A DNA stretch of 64,000 bases. Origin: an uncultured Alphaproteobacteria bacterium. GTDB lineage: Bacteria > Pseudomonadota > Alphaproteobacteria > Rhizobiales > Methyloligellaceae. The notes beneath the pieces were generated by a model. The model was not told the origin of the DNA. It ran no database searches and saw only the letters and a list, made by a program, of their open reading frames with translations. Positions 34,201-42,590 of this stretch are shown piece by piece; the stretch's first letter is position 1; every line of letters begins with the position of its first letter. Position numbers and translations under genes: made by a program. The stretch lies in contig CAWDKA010000014.1 in assembly GCA_963802845.1 (NCBI GenBank), positions 1,009 to 65,008 on the forward strand, written 5' to 3'.

Positions 34201-36869
34201 GCGTGGAAGGACCGCCTGGCCGCGTTTTCGTACTGCGAGCGGACCTTATCTCTGTGGAGACATGCGCACTTCTCGCCTCAGTGGCGCGGGTCGTGTTCGT
34301 GGGAGAACGCGGGCGCCTTTCTAATCAGCTTGATCGTATTCCGGATCGCAGAATTCCTGCCCGACCACATCAGAAGCGGGGCGCCCTCGCTCCCCAGCCG
34401 AAAGCCGCGCCCTCTGTGCCGAACCTCGAGTTCTTCAATGGTCTCGGCGGCTTCGCTGACGACGGACGAGAGTATGTGACGATCCTCGGCCCTGGTCAGG
34501 CGACGCCGGTCCCCTGGATAAACATTGTCGCCAATCCCGGCTTCGGCTTTCAGGTGGGGACCGAAGGCGGCGGCACCACCTGGTCGGTCAACAGCCGCGA
34601 GAACCAGCTTACCCCCTGGTCGAACGATCCGGTCACCGATCGTCCGGGGGAGGCCTTCTACGTGCACGACGACGACACTGGTACCCTGTGGGGCCCTACT
34701 GCTCTGCCGATCCGCGACGAGGCGGGCAGCTATGTCGCCCGCCACGGCAGGGGATACAGCCGGTTCGAGCATACGGCGCACGGGATTGTGCTCGATCTCC
34801 TGCAATTCGTGCCACTCGACGATCCGATCAAGATCTCGCAACTCAAGTTGCATAACACGTCGAGCCGCACCCGGCCCCTATCGGTGACTGCCTATGCCGA
34901 ATGGGTTCTCGGTCCATCGCGGACCGTCTCGGCTCCGTTCGTGGCAACGGAAATTGATCCCGTGACCGGCGCGATGTTCGCGTGCAACGCGTGGAACGCG
35001 GCCTTCGGATCTCGGGTCGCCTTCGCCGATCTGAAAGGATATCAAACGGACTGGACGGGTGACCGGCGGGAGTTCGGTGAAACGGACTGGACGGGCGACC
35101 GGCGGGAGTTCATTGGCCGTAACGGCACCGTCGCGAGCCCCGCGGCGCTCGCCGGCGCGACCGCGCTCTCCAAAACCGTAGGAGCAGGCCTTGATCCCTG
35201 TGGCGCCCTGCGGACCACCATCCAGCTCCCACCGCAGGGCACCGTCGAGGTCGTGTTCTTTCTCGGGCAGGCTGCGAGCGCGGAAGATGCGCGGAGCTTG
35301 GTCGCGCGCTATCGCACGACCAATCTTGACACCGTTCTGTCCGATGTCGGCCGGTATTGGGAGGATGTCCTCGGCGCGGTCCGGGTGCAGACGCCCGACA
35401 GGCCCATGGACATCATGCTGAACGGCTGGCTCCTCTATCAGACGCTCGCCTGCCGTATCTGGGCGCGCTCTGCCTTCTATCAGGCGAGTGGCGCCTACGG
35501 CTTCCGCGATCAGCTTCAGGATGGCACGGCGCTCGCCACCTCCCGACCGGAGATTACGCGCGAGCACTTGCTGCGAGCAGCAGGACGGCAGTTCGTCGAA
35601 GGCGACGTTCAGCACTGGTGGCTGCCGCAGTCGGGGCAGGGCGTGCGCACGCGCATCTCCGACGACCACGTGTGGCTCGCCTACGCCACCGCCCACTATA
35701 TCGACGCGACCGGCGACGTCGCCGTCCTGGATGAGGTGGTTCCTTTTCTGGAAGGCCCGGGGCTCACTGCGGGCGAACACGACAGCTTCTTCCAGCCCAC
35801 CGTTTCCGACAAAGCCGCCACGCTGTTCGAGCACTGCGCGCGCGGGCTTGACCAAAGCCTCACATTCGGCGTCCACGGGGCGCCACTGATCGGTACGGGG
35901 GACTGGAACGACGGCATGAACCGCGTCGGCGAACATGGAGAGGGCGAGAGCGTCTGGCTCGGCTGGCTTCTGCACTCGACGCTCACCGCATTTGCTCCGC
36001 TCGCCGATCGACGCCACGAAACAAGTCGCGGAGCCACTTGGAGAGCGCAAGCCGCCGCCCTCCGAGACTCGATCGAGCGTGAGGCGTGGGACGGAGACTG
36101 GTATTTGCGAGGCTGGTTCGACGACGGTACGGCGCTTGGCTCGGCGACAAGCGAGGCGTGCCGGATCGATTCGATTGCGCAAGCTTGGGCAGTGATTTCC
36201 GGGGCCGCGGACAGCGAGCGGGCCGCCCGCGCCATGGCGGCGGTCGAGCGCGAACTGATCCTTCCTGAGGAAGGACTGGCGCTGCTATTCACGCCGCCGT
36301 TCGATCAGACGCGGCTCGATCCCGGCTATATAAAGGGTTATCCGCCGGGCATTCGGGAGAACGGAGGTCAATACACGCACGCCGCGCTGTGGTCGGTGAT
36401 CGCCTTCGCGCGGCTCGGCCAAGGCGACAAGGCGGCGGGGCTGTTCTCTCTTATCAACCCCATTAACCACGCCCGAAATCGCGCGTGTGTGCAGCGCTAC
36501 AAGGTGGAACCCTACGTCGTTGCCGCCGACGTCTATGCAAATCCGCGCCACGTCGGGCGCGGCGGCTGGACGTGGTACACGGGCTCCGCGGGATGGATGC
36601 AACGCGCGGGCATCGAGAGCATCCTCGGGCTGCGCCTTCGGGGTTCGGTTCTGCATCTGGACCCGTGCATCCCGGAGGCCTGGCCGAGCTTCGAGATGAC
36701 GGTCCGGTACCGCTCCGCGCGATACGAAATCCTGGTCGACAACTCCAGCGGCGCCGGCCGAGGCATTGCCTCCGCCCAGCTAGACGATACCATTATCGTG
36801 GAGCGGCCTTTGCGCGTGCCGCTGGTCGACGACGTCATCACACATCGTTTACATGTGCGGCTCGGGTGA
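28281..36869 (+). CDS. ndvB: Cyclic beta-1,2-glucan synthase-type protein (GT84, glycoamylase-like and GH94 domains)
   Basis: 2862 aa; WERKRGKL, TLDADT, LSHDLFEG, RxxRWxRGDWQ, YDLLASEARL, SWSGSMFEY, YQASGAYGFRDQLQD, GDWNDGM, ENGGQYTH. Confidence 0.92.
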   Translation: MIPLIRRAFAQASSMSLWNNRDPIRAELFSVERLEDHARSLAAAQPVTPKPAKVHPLARRLVDNEAVLLHAYRTIAQAASEEGAIPPAAQWLIDNYHVVERQIRDIRSDLPPGYYRQLPKLAEGPFAGYPRVLGVAWAFVAHTDSHFDPEILARYVRAYQEVQPLTIGELWAVAITLRIVLVENLRRLAERLVHSRTSCVEADNIADRLLGAGGYTAEPVPMVLAAYERVRLPEAFAVQLVHRLRDQDPRVMSALTWLDQSLAAQGTTADTVVRDEHQRQGAATVTVRNIITSMRMISDVDWTELFERISFVDDALAGAGAFPEMDFSTRNLYRSAIEELARGSDCAEIEIAQRAVVATKQATDASVVEGRRGDPGYHLLGGGRAAFEAAIGFRPPPHTWLGRWSRTIGIGGYVGAVVVVAAGILASALFALAAVGLHGAWLSLLAGLGAIPAIDAAVALVNRGVTRSFGARLLPALALRDGVPSHLRTLVAVPTLLTTHEAIEEQIERLEIHHLASPEGNLHFAMLSDWVDAMTEHLEGDAALLAAAAEGIAMLNQRYGAVPGGDRFLLLHRRRVWNEGEGCWMGWERKRGKLHELNRLLRGATDTTFASTAQQPCVVPADVRYVVTLDADTKLPRDTVRRLIGKMAHPLNRPRFDADAGRVLEGYGVLQPRVTPSLPIGREGSLFQRVFSGISGIDPYASAVSDVYQDMFGEGSYAGKGIYEVDTFEAAVAGRVLDSTLLSHDLFEGVFARAGLASDVEVVDEFPARYDVAALRHHRWARGDWQLLPWIFGHGPVTSEDRKRGPIPAIGRWKMLDNLRRTLSAPAAVLALLAGWALSFETAAIWTFFVLATIVLPTLIPVVAAVFPGRTVITVRSHLRALGADLRLALAQSALMISFIAHQAWLMGDAIARTLTRLFVTRRHLLEWVPAAQAAIGPRLDLFGFYRRMAGAIVIAAVAVIVASAWGHGTWPLALPFTALWIASPALARWTSRSPGVAGKLSMSQGDARALRLIARRTWRFFETFVTPADQMLPPDNFQEDPAPALAHRTSPTNLGLYLLSVVSARDLGWTGTIDALERLEATLSTMNRLARFRGHFYNWYDTRDLRPLDPRYISSVDSGNLAGHLIALANACREWAAQPLTDERRLAGIADALALMRHEAGQLREGRRTQTVTWHQLDEALAVLATNLRRTLVDSEGISKRLSTLAVGAETLADIALALATERSDDTGADMLFWANATRSAIESHRRDIEGSAEAAASSAARLSALEETARAAALGMEFGFLLDHDRKLLSIGYLVAEGTIDPSCYDLLASEARLASFMAIAKGDVPADHWFHLGRAVTPVARGAALISWSGSMFEYLMPSLVMRAPDGSLIEGTSRLIVRRQIDYGAKLGVPWGVSESAYNARDLEFTYQYSNFGVPGLGLKRGLGENVVVAPYATALASMVDPQAAARNFDRLAAVGASGRYGFYEALDYTPSRLPEGKSIVIVQAFMAHHQGMTIVAIADALLDGAMRARFHAEPIVQATELLLQERTPRGVAFARPWAAAESAAKILDVEPPGGRQLTTAHGATPVTQLLSNGRYSVMLTAAGSGYSRWRDLAVTRWREDATCDEWGSYVFLRDVDSGNVWSAGFQPTGAEPDDYDVAFNEDRAEFARRDGTLKTTMEVLVSAEDDAEVRRVSISNSGTRVREIDVTSYAELVLAPQAADVTHPAFSKLFVETEYRAEVGAILATRRRRAASEPEIWAAHLAVVDSGAVGKPEVETDRARFLGRSRSVRTAIAAIDGRPLSNTVGTVLDAVFALRRRVRIPPGAIVHIAFWTVVAPSREALLDLIDKHRDTTAFERAATLAWTQAQVQLRHLGISPGLASMFQRLAGHLIYSAPVLRPSSDAIVRGAGAQSGLWPLSISGDLPIVLLRIADTQHLDVARQLLHAHEYLRMKQFAFDLVFLNERSSSYVQDLQIGLETLVRQSRSLPQFGVEGPPGRVFVLRADLISVETCALLASVARVVFVGERGRLSNQLDRIPDRRIPARPHQKRGALAPQPKAAPSVPNLEFFNGLGGFADDGREYVTILGPGQATPVPWINIVANPGFGFQVGTEGGGTTWSVNSRENQLTPWSNDPVTDRPGEAFYVHDDDTGTLWGPTALPIRDEAGSYVARHGRGYSRFEHTAHGIVLDLLQFVPLDDPIKISQLKLHNTSSRTRPLSVTAYAEWVLGPSRTVSAPFVATEIDPVTGAMFACNAWNAAFGSRVAFADLKGYQTDWTGDRREFGETDWTGDRREFIGRNGTVASPAALAGATALSKTVGAGLDPCGALRTTIQLPPQGTVEVVFFLGQAASAEDARSLVARYRTTNLDTVLSDVGRYWEDVLGAVRVQTPDRPMDIMLNGWLLYQTLACRIWARSAFYQASGAYGFRDQLQDGTALATSRPEITREHLLRAAGRQFVEGDVQHWWLPQSGQGVRTRISDDHVWLAYATAHYIDATGDVAVLDEVVPFLEGPGLTAGEHDSFFQPTVSDKAATLFEHCARGLDQSLTFGVHGAPLIGTGDWNDGMNRVGEHGEGESVWLGWLLHSTLTAFAPLADRRHETSRGATWRAQAAALRDSIEREAWDGDWYLRGWFDDGTALGSATSEACRIDSIAQAWAVISGAADSERAARAMAAVERELILPEEGLALLFTPPFDQTRLDPGYIKGYPPGIRENGGQYTHAALWSVIAFARLGQGDKAAGLFSLINPINHARNRACVQRYKVEPYVVAADVYANPRHVGRGGWTWYTGSAGWMQRAGIESILGLRLRGSVLHLDPCIPEAWPSFEMTVRYRSARYEILVDNSSGAGRGIASAQLDDTIIVERPLRVPLVDDVITHRLHVRLG
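35044..35111 (+). repeat. In-frame 36-nt tandem duplication within ndvB
   Basis: Encodes TDWTGDRREF twice. Confidence 0.9.
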
Positions 36870-37499
36870 TCGTGCGAGGGACGCCTCTCGGGTCCGCGGA
36901 TCACCCCTTCATTTAAGGATCGAGCCAGGTGCTTCCCTGCCCTCGTGGGCGGATGCTGACGGACAGCCATTCGGCAGACACGTTTTTTATTTTCCGGAGC
37001 GCAATCGAACTGTACCGCAGCATGCAGATTGGCAAGGTCATCCCTCTAGCTTTGCGGGTACCGGGTAGTCGATTTCCAGCGACCGCGTCGGCGTCAGCGG
37101 TTGCGTGAGACGCGTGTCGAGCAAGAGTTACTGACCGCTGTATCGACAGGGGGGACTGACCGTTGCACTACCGACTTAGAGCCGCTGCGGAAACGGTTTC
37201 AGTGCATTTGCAGTGCGCTGCTAGCTGACCATGTCCACCGCTGAAAATTTGGCGGAGAGGGTGACCGCTTTCGGGGGTTGATTTCCAACGGGTCGTTGTA
37301 TTCCTTCCGCAGCAAGCCGAGCAGGTTCTGCGACGGCGGACGGCACAACGACCCGAGCGCGGCGCGGTCCCACCGCAAGCTCCTGTCCGATCTCGAGCGG
37401 GCGGAGACTGACTTGGAACAGTCGTTGGACGTCGCCATGGCGGTCGAAGGTCTCGATCTGTAGCGCGGGCGTGTGGCACCGACGTTTCGGTTAATCCGA

Positions 37500-37612
37500 A
37501 TGTCTGCTTTGAGGGAATGAACGGACAGGACGCGGTCGTGACGCCACTTCCGCTTTTGGTGCAAGCGGACCAAATGGACGGCCGCATGAGGTCGGCTTCT
37601 GACCATTGGACA
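37500..37612 (-). repeat. Hairpin repeat cluster I (triplet, reverse orientation)
   Basis: atgtctgct...acggaca, ttccgct-tttggtgca-agcggac, gtcggct-tctgacc... Confidence 0.75.
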
Positions 37613-37701
37613 GTCAAATCCGTTCGCGCTTGATCTCCGGAAACCTCCGCAAATGCACTATGCTGCCCTACTGTTTGGTCTTCTCGCACAGGAGGTTGGT
37701 C

Positions 37702-37917
37702 ATGTCTGTCGCCAAGGTCATTGAAATCACGTCGACTTCCACGAAGAGTTTTGAGGACGCGATCGAGAAAGGAATCGCGAGGGCCGACAAGACGCTCAAG
37801 AACGTCAAGGGCGCGTGGATCAAGGAACAGAAAGTCGTCGTGACGGATGGGAAGATCACTGCCTTCCGCGTCAACATGTTGGTGACTTTCGTGCTCGGCG
37901 GCGACACGTCGATTTAA
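37702..37917 (+). CDS. Dodecin-family flavin-binding protein
   Basis: AGGAGG RBS; MSVAKVIEITSTSTKSFEDAIEKGIARA...VTFVL. Confidence 0.9.
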   Translation: MSVAKVIEITSTSTKSFEDAIEKGIARADKTLKNVKGAWIKEQKVVVTDGKITAFRVNMLVTFVLGGDTSI

Positions 37918-37937
37918 CCTGCTGTCGGGAGGAACGG

Positions 37938-38864
37938 ATGGACAAGCCTCGCATCTTCCTTGGCTCGTCAGGACTGCAGAAGAAGCTGCTGCAGGCGCTG
38001 ACACGCGGTCTCGAAGACCACGCGCACGTAGTTCCCTGGACGACATCCTTCAATCCAGGGACCACCACACTGGTCCGTCTCTTCGAACTTGCGCATGAAG
38101 TCGACTTCGCCGCGCTCGCATTCGCTCGGGACGACTGGACGGCAGCCGGCCTGCCCGCATCCCCTCCCACGGGATCCGGTCAGGCTTCTCCACGAGACAA
38201 TGTCGTCTTCGAAGCCGGCCTTTTCGGTGGAGTCCTCGGAATGCACCGAACCTTCATCCTCCACGCGAGCGGCTCGAAGCTTCCGAGCGATCTCCTCGGG
38301 CTTACATGCGTACGGTACGGCGAAGCGACGAACCCTTCCGAGATGAGAGCCGTCAACCAGAAGCTTCGGAAGGCGATCGAGAACGAGGGCCGCATCGCAC
38401 GCATCGAGGGGTTGTGGTGGCAATTCTCCCTGACGGCGCGCACGCTTGAGCCTTCCGCCGTGAGCCTCATGCGAATCTCGCGAGACCGCGACGGCGCGCT
38501 GGAGCTACGCGGCCGCTCCTGGCAAGAGGATGGCAGCCTGTCCACGAGATACTGGAGCGAAGCGGTGAAGGAGAGGAAGGAGCCTTCTGGCGTTTTCTAT
38601 TATTGGAGGGGAGAACGGCCCCGGGACCCGAACGCACCGCAGCAGGAGGGGACAGGAGAAATCGTGCTGGAGTCCGCCGATCGCGCGGCCGGGTACTTCA
38701 CGACTCGTTCGGAGGGGCCCGCGAGCACGAACGCGCGGACGGCCGGTGTTTATTGTCGCGCCGATCCAGAGGACATGGGTATCCTGGACGACAACAACGA
38801 TCGGCGACGCGCGGAGTTGATCGCAGAGCGGCTGATTCTTTGGAAGTCGATCACGAGCGCTTGA
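37938..38864 (+). CDS. Cap12/Pycsar-type TIR domain protein with C-terminal beta-rich domain
   Basis: KPRIFLGSS, VDFA, PRDNVVFEAGLF, KLPSDLLG; C-domain starts IEGLWWQ. Confidence 0.85.
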   Translation: MDKPRIFLGSSGLQKKLLQALTRGLEDHAHVVPWTTSFNPGTTTLVRLFELAHEVDFAALAFARDDWTAAGLPASPPTGSGQASPRDNVVFEAGLFGGVLGMHRTFILHASGSKLPSDLLGLTCVRYGEATNPSEMRAVNQKLRKAIENEGRIARIEGLWWQFSLTARTLEPSAVSLMRISRDRDGALELRGRSWQEDGSLSTRYWSEAVKERKEPSGVFYYWRGERPRDPNAPQQEGTGEIVLESADRAAGYFTTRSEGPASTNARTAGVYCRADPEDMGILDDNNDRRRAELIAERLILWKSITSA

Positions 38865-38899
38865 GATCAGCGGTCTGAGTGGGTTGAAGGACTGGCCCT

Positions 38900-38981
38900 A
38901 TGTCCGCCATGTCCGCTAATGGCACTTAGCAGACATTCTGCTGGTTGATCTCAATGTCCGCTTTTGACCCAAATCGGACAT
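38900..38981 (-). repeat. Hairpin repeat cluster J (doublet, reverse orientation)
   Basis: atgtccgct-aatggcactt-agcagacat and atgtccgct-tttgacccaa-atcggacat. Confidence 0.9.
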
Positions 38982-39300
38982 TCAGGTTTGAGCAAGTCGA
39001 GACGGCTAATTCGGCTTTCGCTTCCCCGCTTCTCGCAGCCGATACCTTTTACGTCATGTTCGACAAAACAGCCAGAAGTGCTCGGTTTCAAAAACACCAC
39101 CGACCCAGACCGAGCAGTTTAGCATGATGGGTCAATACGGCTCCGAGCAGGAAGCCATGACCGCCATGCACAAGATGGCAGAGTGCAAAGCCTAGCCTTA
39201 GAAGCTACTACAAGGGCGCCGACAGCCTCTCCAGCCCGGCGCCCTCCGCTTTTGAAAAGCAAAAGAGCGCTCGCCGAAGCGGACGTCCGCGAGATAAAAC

Positions 39301-39325
39301 AAAAGCCCCGGCGAGCGGGGCTTTT
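39301..39325. terminator. Bidirectional intrinsic terminator
   Basis: aaaagccccg-gcgag-cggggctttt. Confidence 0.75.
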
Positions 39326-39407
39326 GTCAATGTCAGTGACCGAAGGCGGAGAAGAACGGTCAGTCCAGTTTCTGACATTAAACTTTTGGCCGAAAGACCT
39401 TTCGGCG

Positions 39408-39638
39408 CTACGCGGCCCTTAGCCAGATAGGCCGTCGCGGTTGGAGCGGAACGACACTCGATCCGGCAGCACTCAAGCTTTCAAGCAAGGCAATATCGCT
39501 CTCGAACATGTTCGCGAGCTGCGTCCACGTGTGGGCGAGCGCCGTGTAATCTTCTCGCGCTGGGTCAGAAGTTGCTTGCTGAGCAAGGTACAGGCATTCC
39601 TGCGCTTGCTGACGACATTCTCGGGGGTCACCGGGCAT
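39408..39638 (-). CDS. Small helical hypothetical protein (MPGDP-EC type)
   Basis: GGAGG RBS; MPGDPRECRQQAQECLYLAQQA...ALAHTWTQLA. Confidence 0.7.
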   Translation of the reverse strand: MPGDPRECRQQAQECLYLAQQATSDPAREDYTALAHTWTQLANMFESDIALLESLSAAGSSVVPLQPRRPIWLRAA

Positions 39639-39679
39639 AGCCTCCATTCTTCCTTCAAGGCGGGAGCACACCCCACTCT

Positions 39680-39986
39680 CAGCCATCGGAAGCCTGACGA
39701 GGAGTTTTTCGCCGTCCTTGAGGACCGTAGGCAGACCTGGGACGATTACGATGGCGACGATGCGGACGCCGTTGACGCCATGATTAAGAGATCGCCAGCA
39801 GCTGCCGACGACGAGTTGGCACAACGCTATAGCGACTATTCGTCTGAGTGTTATGCGATCTTGCGCGAGCCCGCTGTGTGGAGCGCCATCGAACGCATTG
39901 CTGCCAAACTTATAGAAGGCGGCAAGTTGAGCGCAGCCGAAGCTCTGGCAGCTATCGGCGGCGACGCTGCGAGACTTCACCCATGA
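39680..39986 (+). pseudogene. Probable C-terminal gene fragment (peptidase M41-like helical tail)
   Basis: WSAIERIAAKLIEGGKLSAAE; no clear start. Confidence 0.35.
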
Positions 39987-40295
39987 CGCGTGTCGGCTAA
40001 TTACCCCTATCCGCCTTGGTTGATCGCGCGTTAGCGAAGACCTAGCGGTGGCTTCCGACCTATGCTGTGCATATCCTATTCGCCCCAGATAATCTCGTCT
40101 GGATATCCAATCTGATACTCCAAAGCGCACAGCGGCCCGGCACCGCCCTGGGATTTTCCTTGCACGGTGCCTAACCACGCCCTTGTCGGAACACCGGGCC
40201 TGGCTGCATTCACATTATCACGCGACGAGGCTCAGCGGCCCGATGGCGACGGCTGATGGGGTCGGATACCAGCTACGCGACCAATGAAGTCTACA

Positions 40296-40369
40296 ACTTC
40301 CGCTTTTAGGGTGAACCAGACGCCGCTATTGCAGTCGGGGAGCGTCCGCAAAGTGCCAGGAGCGTACCT
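40296..40369 (+). repeat. Hairpin repeat cluster L (doublet)
   Basis: ttccgct-tttagggtga-accagac and cgtccgca-aagtgccagg-agcgtacc. Confidence 0.7.
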
Positions 40370-40396
40370 AGCCATTTGCGCAAGGTGTTTCCGATA

Positions 40397-40421
40397 GGAA
40401 CTTTGCGCTTACGCTTACGTT
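40397..40421 (+). promoter_or_regulatory. sigma-EcfG promoter
   Basis: GGAAC-N16-CGTT upstream of the DUF883 gene. Confidence 0.75.
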
Positions 40422-40503
40422 GGCTGTTGGTCGGCTGCGAAATTCCTCCTAGCCGACCGAGACATTCACGCTATTTGATACCACGGATTAGAAGGACAGG
40501 AAG

Positions 40504-40776
40504 ATGACGACAGCGAACCAAGCCTATAAAAGAGCCGCCAGTTCCCCCGCGGGGCGCCAAGCCGCTGAAACCGCCAAATCTATTGGCGAAGAGGTCGGTG
40601 ATTTCGCTGGAGATGTTGGTCGTATGGCCAGCAAGCAATACGGCCGCGCGCAGGATATCGCCGTGGATGCTTTCGATGACGCCCATACCCTGATCAAGGG
40701 CAATCCGCTGACCGCTATCGCCATCACGCTCGGCGTCGGTTTCATATTGGGTGTTGTCGCGGGTAGCCGCCGTTAG
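40504..40776 (+). CDS. DUF883/ElaB/YqjD-family protein
   Basis: IKGNPLTAIAITLGVGFILG C-terminal anchor followed by RR. Confidence 0.8.
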   Translation: MTTANQAYKRAASSPAGRQAAETAKSIGEEVGDFAGDVGRMASKQYGRAQDIAVDAFDDAHTLIKGNPLTAIAITLGVGFILGVVAGSRR

Positions 40777-40798
40777 CCCGCCAGGCGCATCACCCGCC

Positions 40799-40871
40799 AT
40801 GTCCGAACGGGTCATTTTGCGACATGAGTGCGACGCTCAGGGATGTCTGCTTTTGGGGCAACTCCAGACAT
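40799..40871 (+). repeat. Hairpin repeat cluster M (doublet)
   Basis: atgtccga-acgggtcatt-ttgcgacat and atgtctgct-tttggggcaa-ctccagacat. Confidence 0.75.
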
Positions 40872-40954
40872 TTGCGAGCCGATCAGTTGCTCCCATCTCG
40901 AATTAAGCTCCTCGTCAGTCAGTTCCTCACGGTTCCTACCCGGAGCGGACGCAC

Positions 40955-40982
40955 AAAGGCCCCCGCCGATAAAGCGGGGGCC
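40955..40982 (-). terminator. Intrinsic terminator of the YHS-like gene
   Basis: ggcccccgc/gcgggggcc stem followed by TTT on the minus strand. Confidence 0.6.
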
Positions 40983-41013
40983 GAGCAGTTCGTCCTTCAA
41001 AAGCAGTCGCAGC

Positions 41014-41283
41014 CTAGCCTTTCTTCTTAGAGTAGTAGGCCTGCGCCTTAGCGAGATTGGCCTCAGGGGCCTTCATGAACTCGGTCTTGGCCTCTTCACT
41101 GCCGAAGCAATAGGTCTTGCCTCCAATCTGGCCATTGATGGAGCAGTCGGTCTTTATGTCCTTGCCCATTGCGAGCCCCATCGTGCACATGTTGTCGTAC
41201 TCGCCGGTTAGGGCGAGGGCTGCTGTGGCCATGCCAAGCAAGAAAGCGCCCGCAACGGCGGATGTAACATACGCTCTAAGCAT
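41014..41283 (-). CDS. Secreted YHS-like small protein
   Basis: AGGAGG RBS, signal peptide, GKTYCFGSEEAKTEFMKAP. Confidence 0.8.
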   Translation of the reverse strand: MLRAYVTSAVAGAFLLGMATAALALTGEYDNMCTMGLAMGKDIKTDCSINGQIGGKTYCFGSEEAKTEFMKAPEANLAKAQAYYSKKKG

Positions 41284-41797
41284 CGATACCTCCTTTGGGG
41301 GTTTGACGGATTCCTCCCGCCTTCTGGTGATCGAATGCCTAATGGCGGAGACACACAAATCAAATCTACGTGTCAATCGACGGTCGCGGGGAGGTATGAA
41401 CCTAGGGCGCATCGGGTGCTGCTGCTGCCGTCGCAAGGGTGTTACCATGACGGCTATAGTGCCGGATTGCCCGCGCACCCCGGGCCTGGATTTCGTTGGT
41501 GAACTCGACGAAGTGCCGGAGCTGAGAGTCTAGCCGGGCCGCGGTATGGGCGGCATGGGATTACTAAGCGCGGGCAGCCTTGAATGTGTGCTTGCTGTGA
41601 TAAGGGTCGGCGTCGGTCGGCATGACATTGAAATCCCCGCGACTTTTCGAACGGTGTCGAACACAGCTGGCGTCGAGGTGAGGGGGCCGATAGGGGTGCC
41701 CGTGGCGGTGGGAAACTAACCATCCAAGTGTGAGATGAACCGCGATAAAGGTGCGGCTCTCCCGTCGGCACAGTCTCTCTCGTGTTGGATTCCAGGA

Positions 41798-42100
41798 CTA
41801 GGAGGCAGCAGTGTTCGCCGGCCTTCCCACCACGGAGTGCACAGCAAGCATAGCGACGTCTTGTTCGTGCACCGCCTGAAGGTCCATGGGGTCAATGGTC
41901 ATCATCTCGACGGCGCACCCAGACTCGGCCGGCACAAAGATTTCAGTCGATATCCGGTGATAAGCCGTGAAGGAAAGACCCTCGATTACCTCTTCGTCTG
42001 TGACAACTCGATAATCTCCAGGTGGCAGCATACGACCCACGTCCTTCAAATGGAAAGGTCGATGAAACGTAACTGTCTTGCTGCCTGATCGTATCGTCAT
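41798..42100 (-). CDS. Conserved hypothetical protein
   Basis: VTFHRPFHL...LPPGDYRVVTDEEVIEGLSFTAYHR. Confidence 0.7.
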   Translation of the reverse strand: MTIRSGSKTVTFHRPFHLKDVGRMLPPGDYRVVTDEEVIEGLSFTAYHRISTEIFVPAESGCAVEMMTIDPMDLQAVHEQDVAMLAVHSVVGRPANTAAS

Positions 42101-42367
42101 CGAATTAGCCCTTGGGTCGACATCTGTAGTTATAAGAGTTATCCCCACCCGACCATGGCGCGCGCAACACCCCGGGTCATATTGAGCCTAACCGAGGCTA
42201 ATGTGCGCCCAGTAGTAGGCCAACCCGAAGGCGATAAGAATCCACCCGATCACCATCGTCCACGTCCCTAAATTTGGTGGGGCGTAGAGAGGGTGAAGAA
42301 ATCGTAGTCCCTATCAACGTAAGTCATTAAATAAATCCTCTCGACAAATTTAGGATCTGGGGATTTA

Positions 42368-42396
42368 GAGCGATCTCGCTTTGCGCGAGATCGCTC
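42368..42396. terminator. Strong hairpin downstream of pqqA
   Basis: gagcgatctcgc-tttgc-gcgagatcgctc (12-bp perfect stem). Confidence 0.6.
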
Positions 42397-42421
42397 CTTG
42401 TCCCTGACTTTCGAGTCCGGA

Positions 42422-42511
42422 TTAGGCCCGGTCTAACTCGGCCGGGAGGTAACTCGTGACCTCCATGCCAGCCTGGGACTCTTCAATCTCTGGCTTTAGC
42501 CACTGTTTCAT
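42422..42511 (-). CDS. pqqA: PQQ precursor peptide PqqA
   Basis: GAGGAG RBS; MKQWLKPEIEESQAGMEVTSYLPAELDRA with W-x-K-P and E-x-x-x-Y; not in the ORF track. Confidence 0.9.
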   Translation of the reverse strand: MKQWLKPEIEESQAGMEVTSYLPAELDRA

Positions 42512-42590
42512 TGTCGTCTCCTCTTCTGGTTAAATCATAGAGTGCCGGGTTGGGAGCTCAGTGGGGCGGTACTTTCGACCGTAAAGCCGT

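Noticed and set aside
39244-39286. Additional hairpin-family copies (also near 23270 and 47881)
   Set aside because: Only half-sites or irregular loops; too degenerate to list as members.
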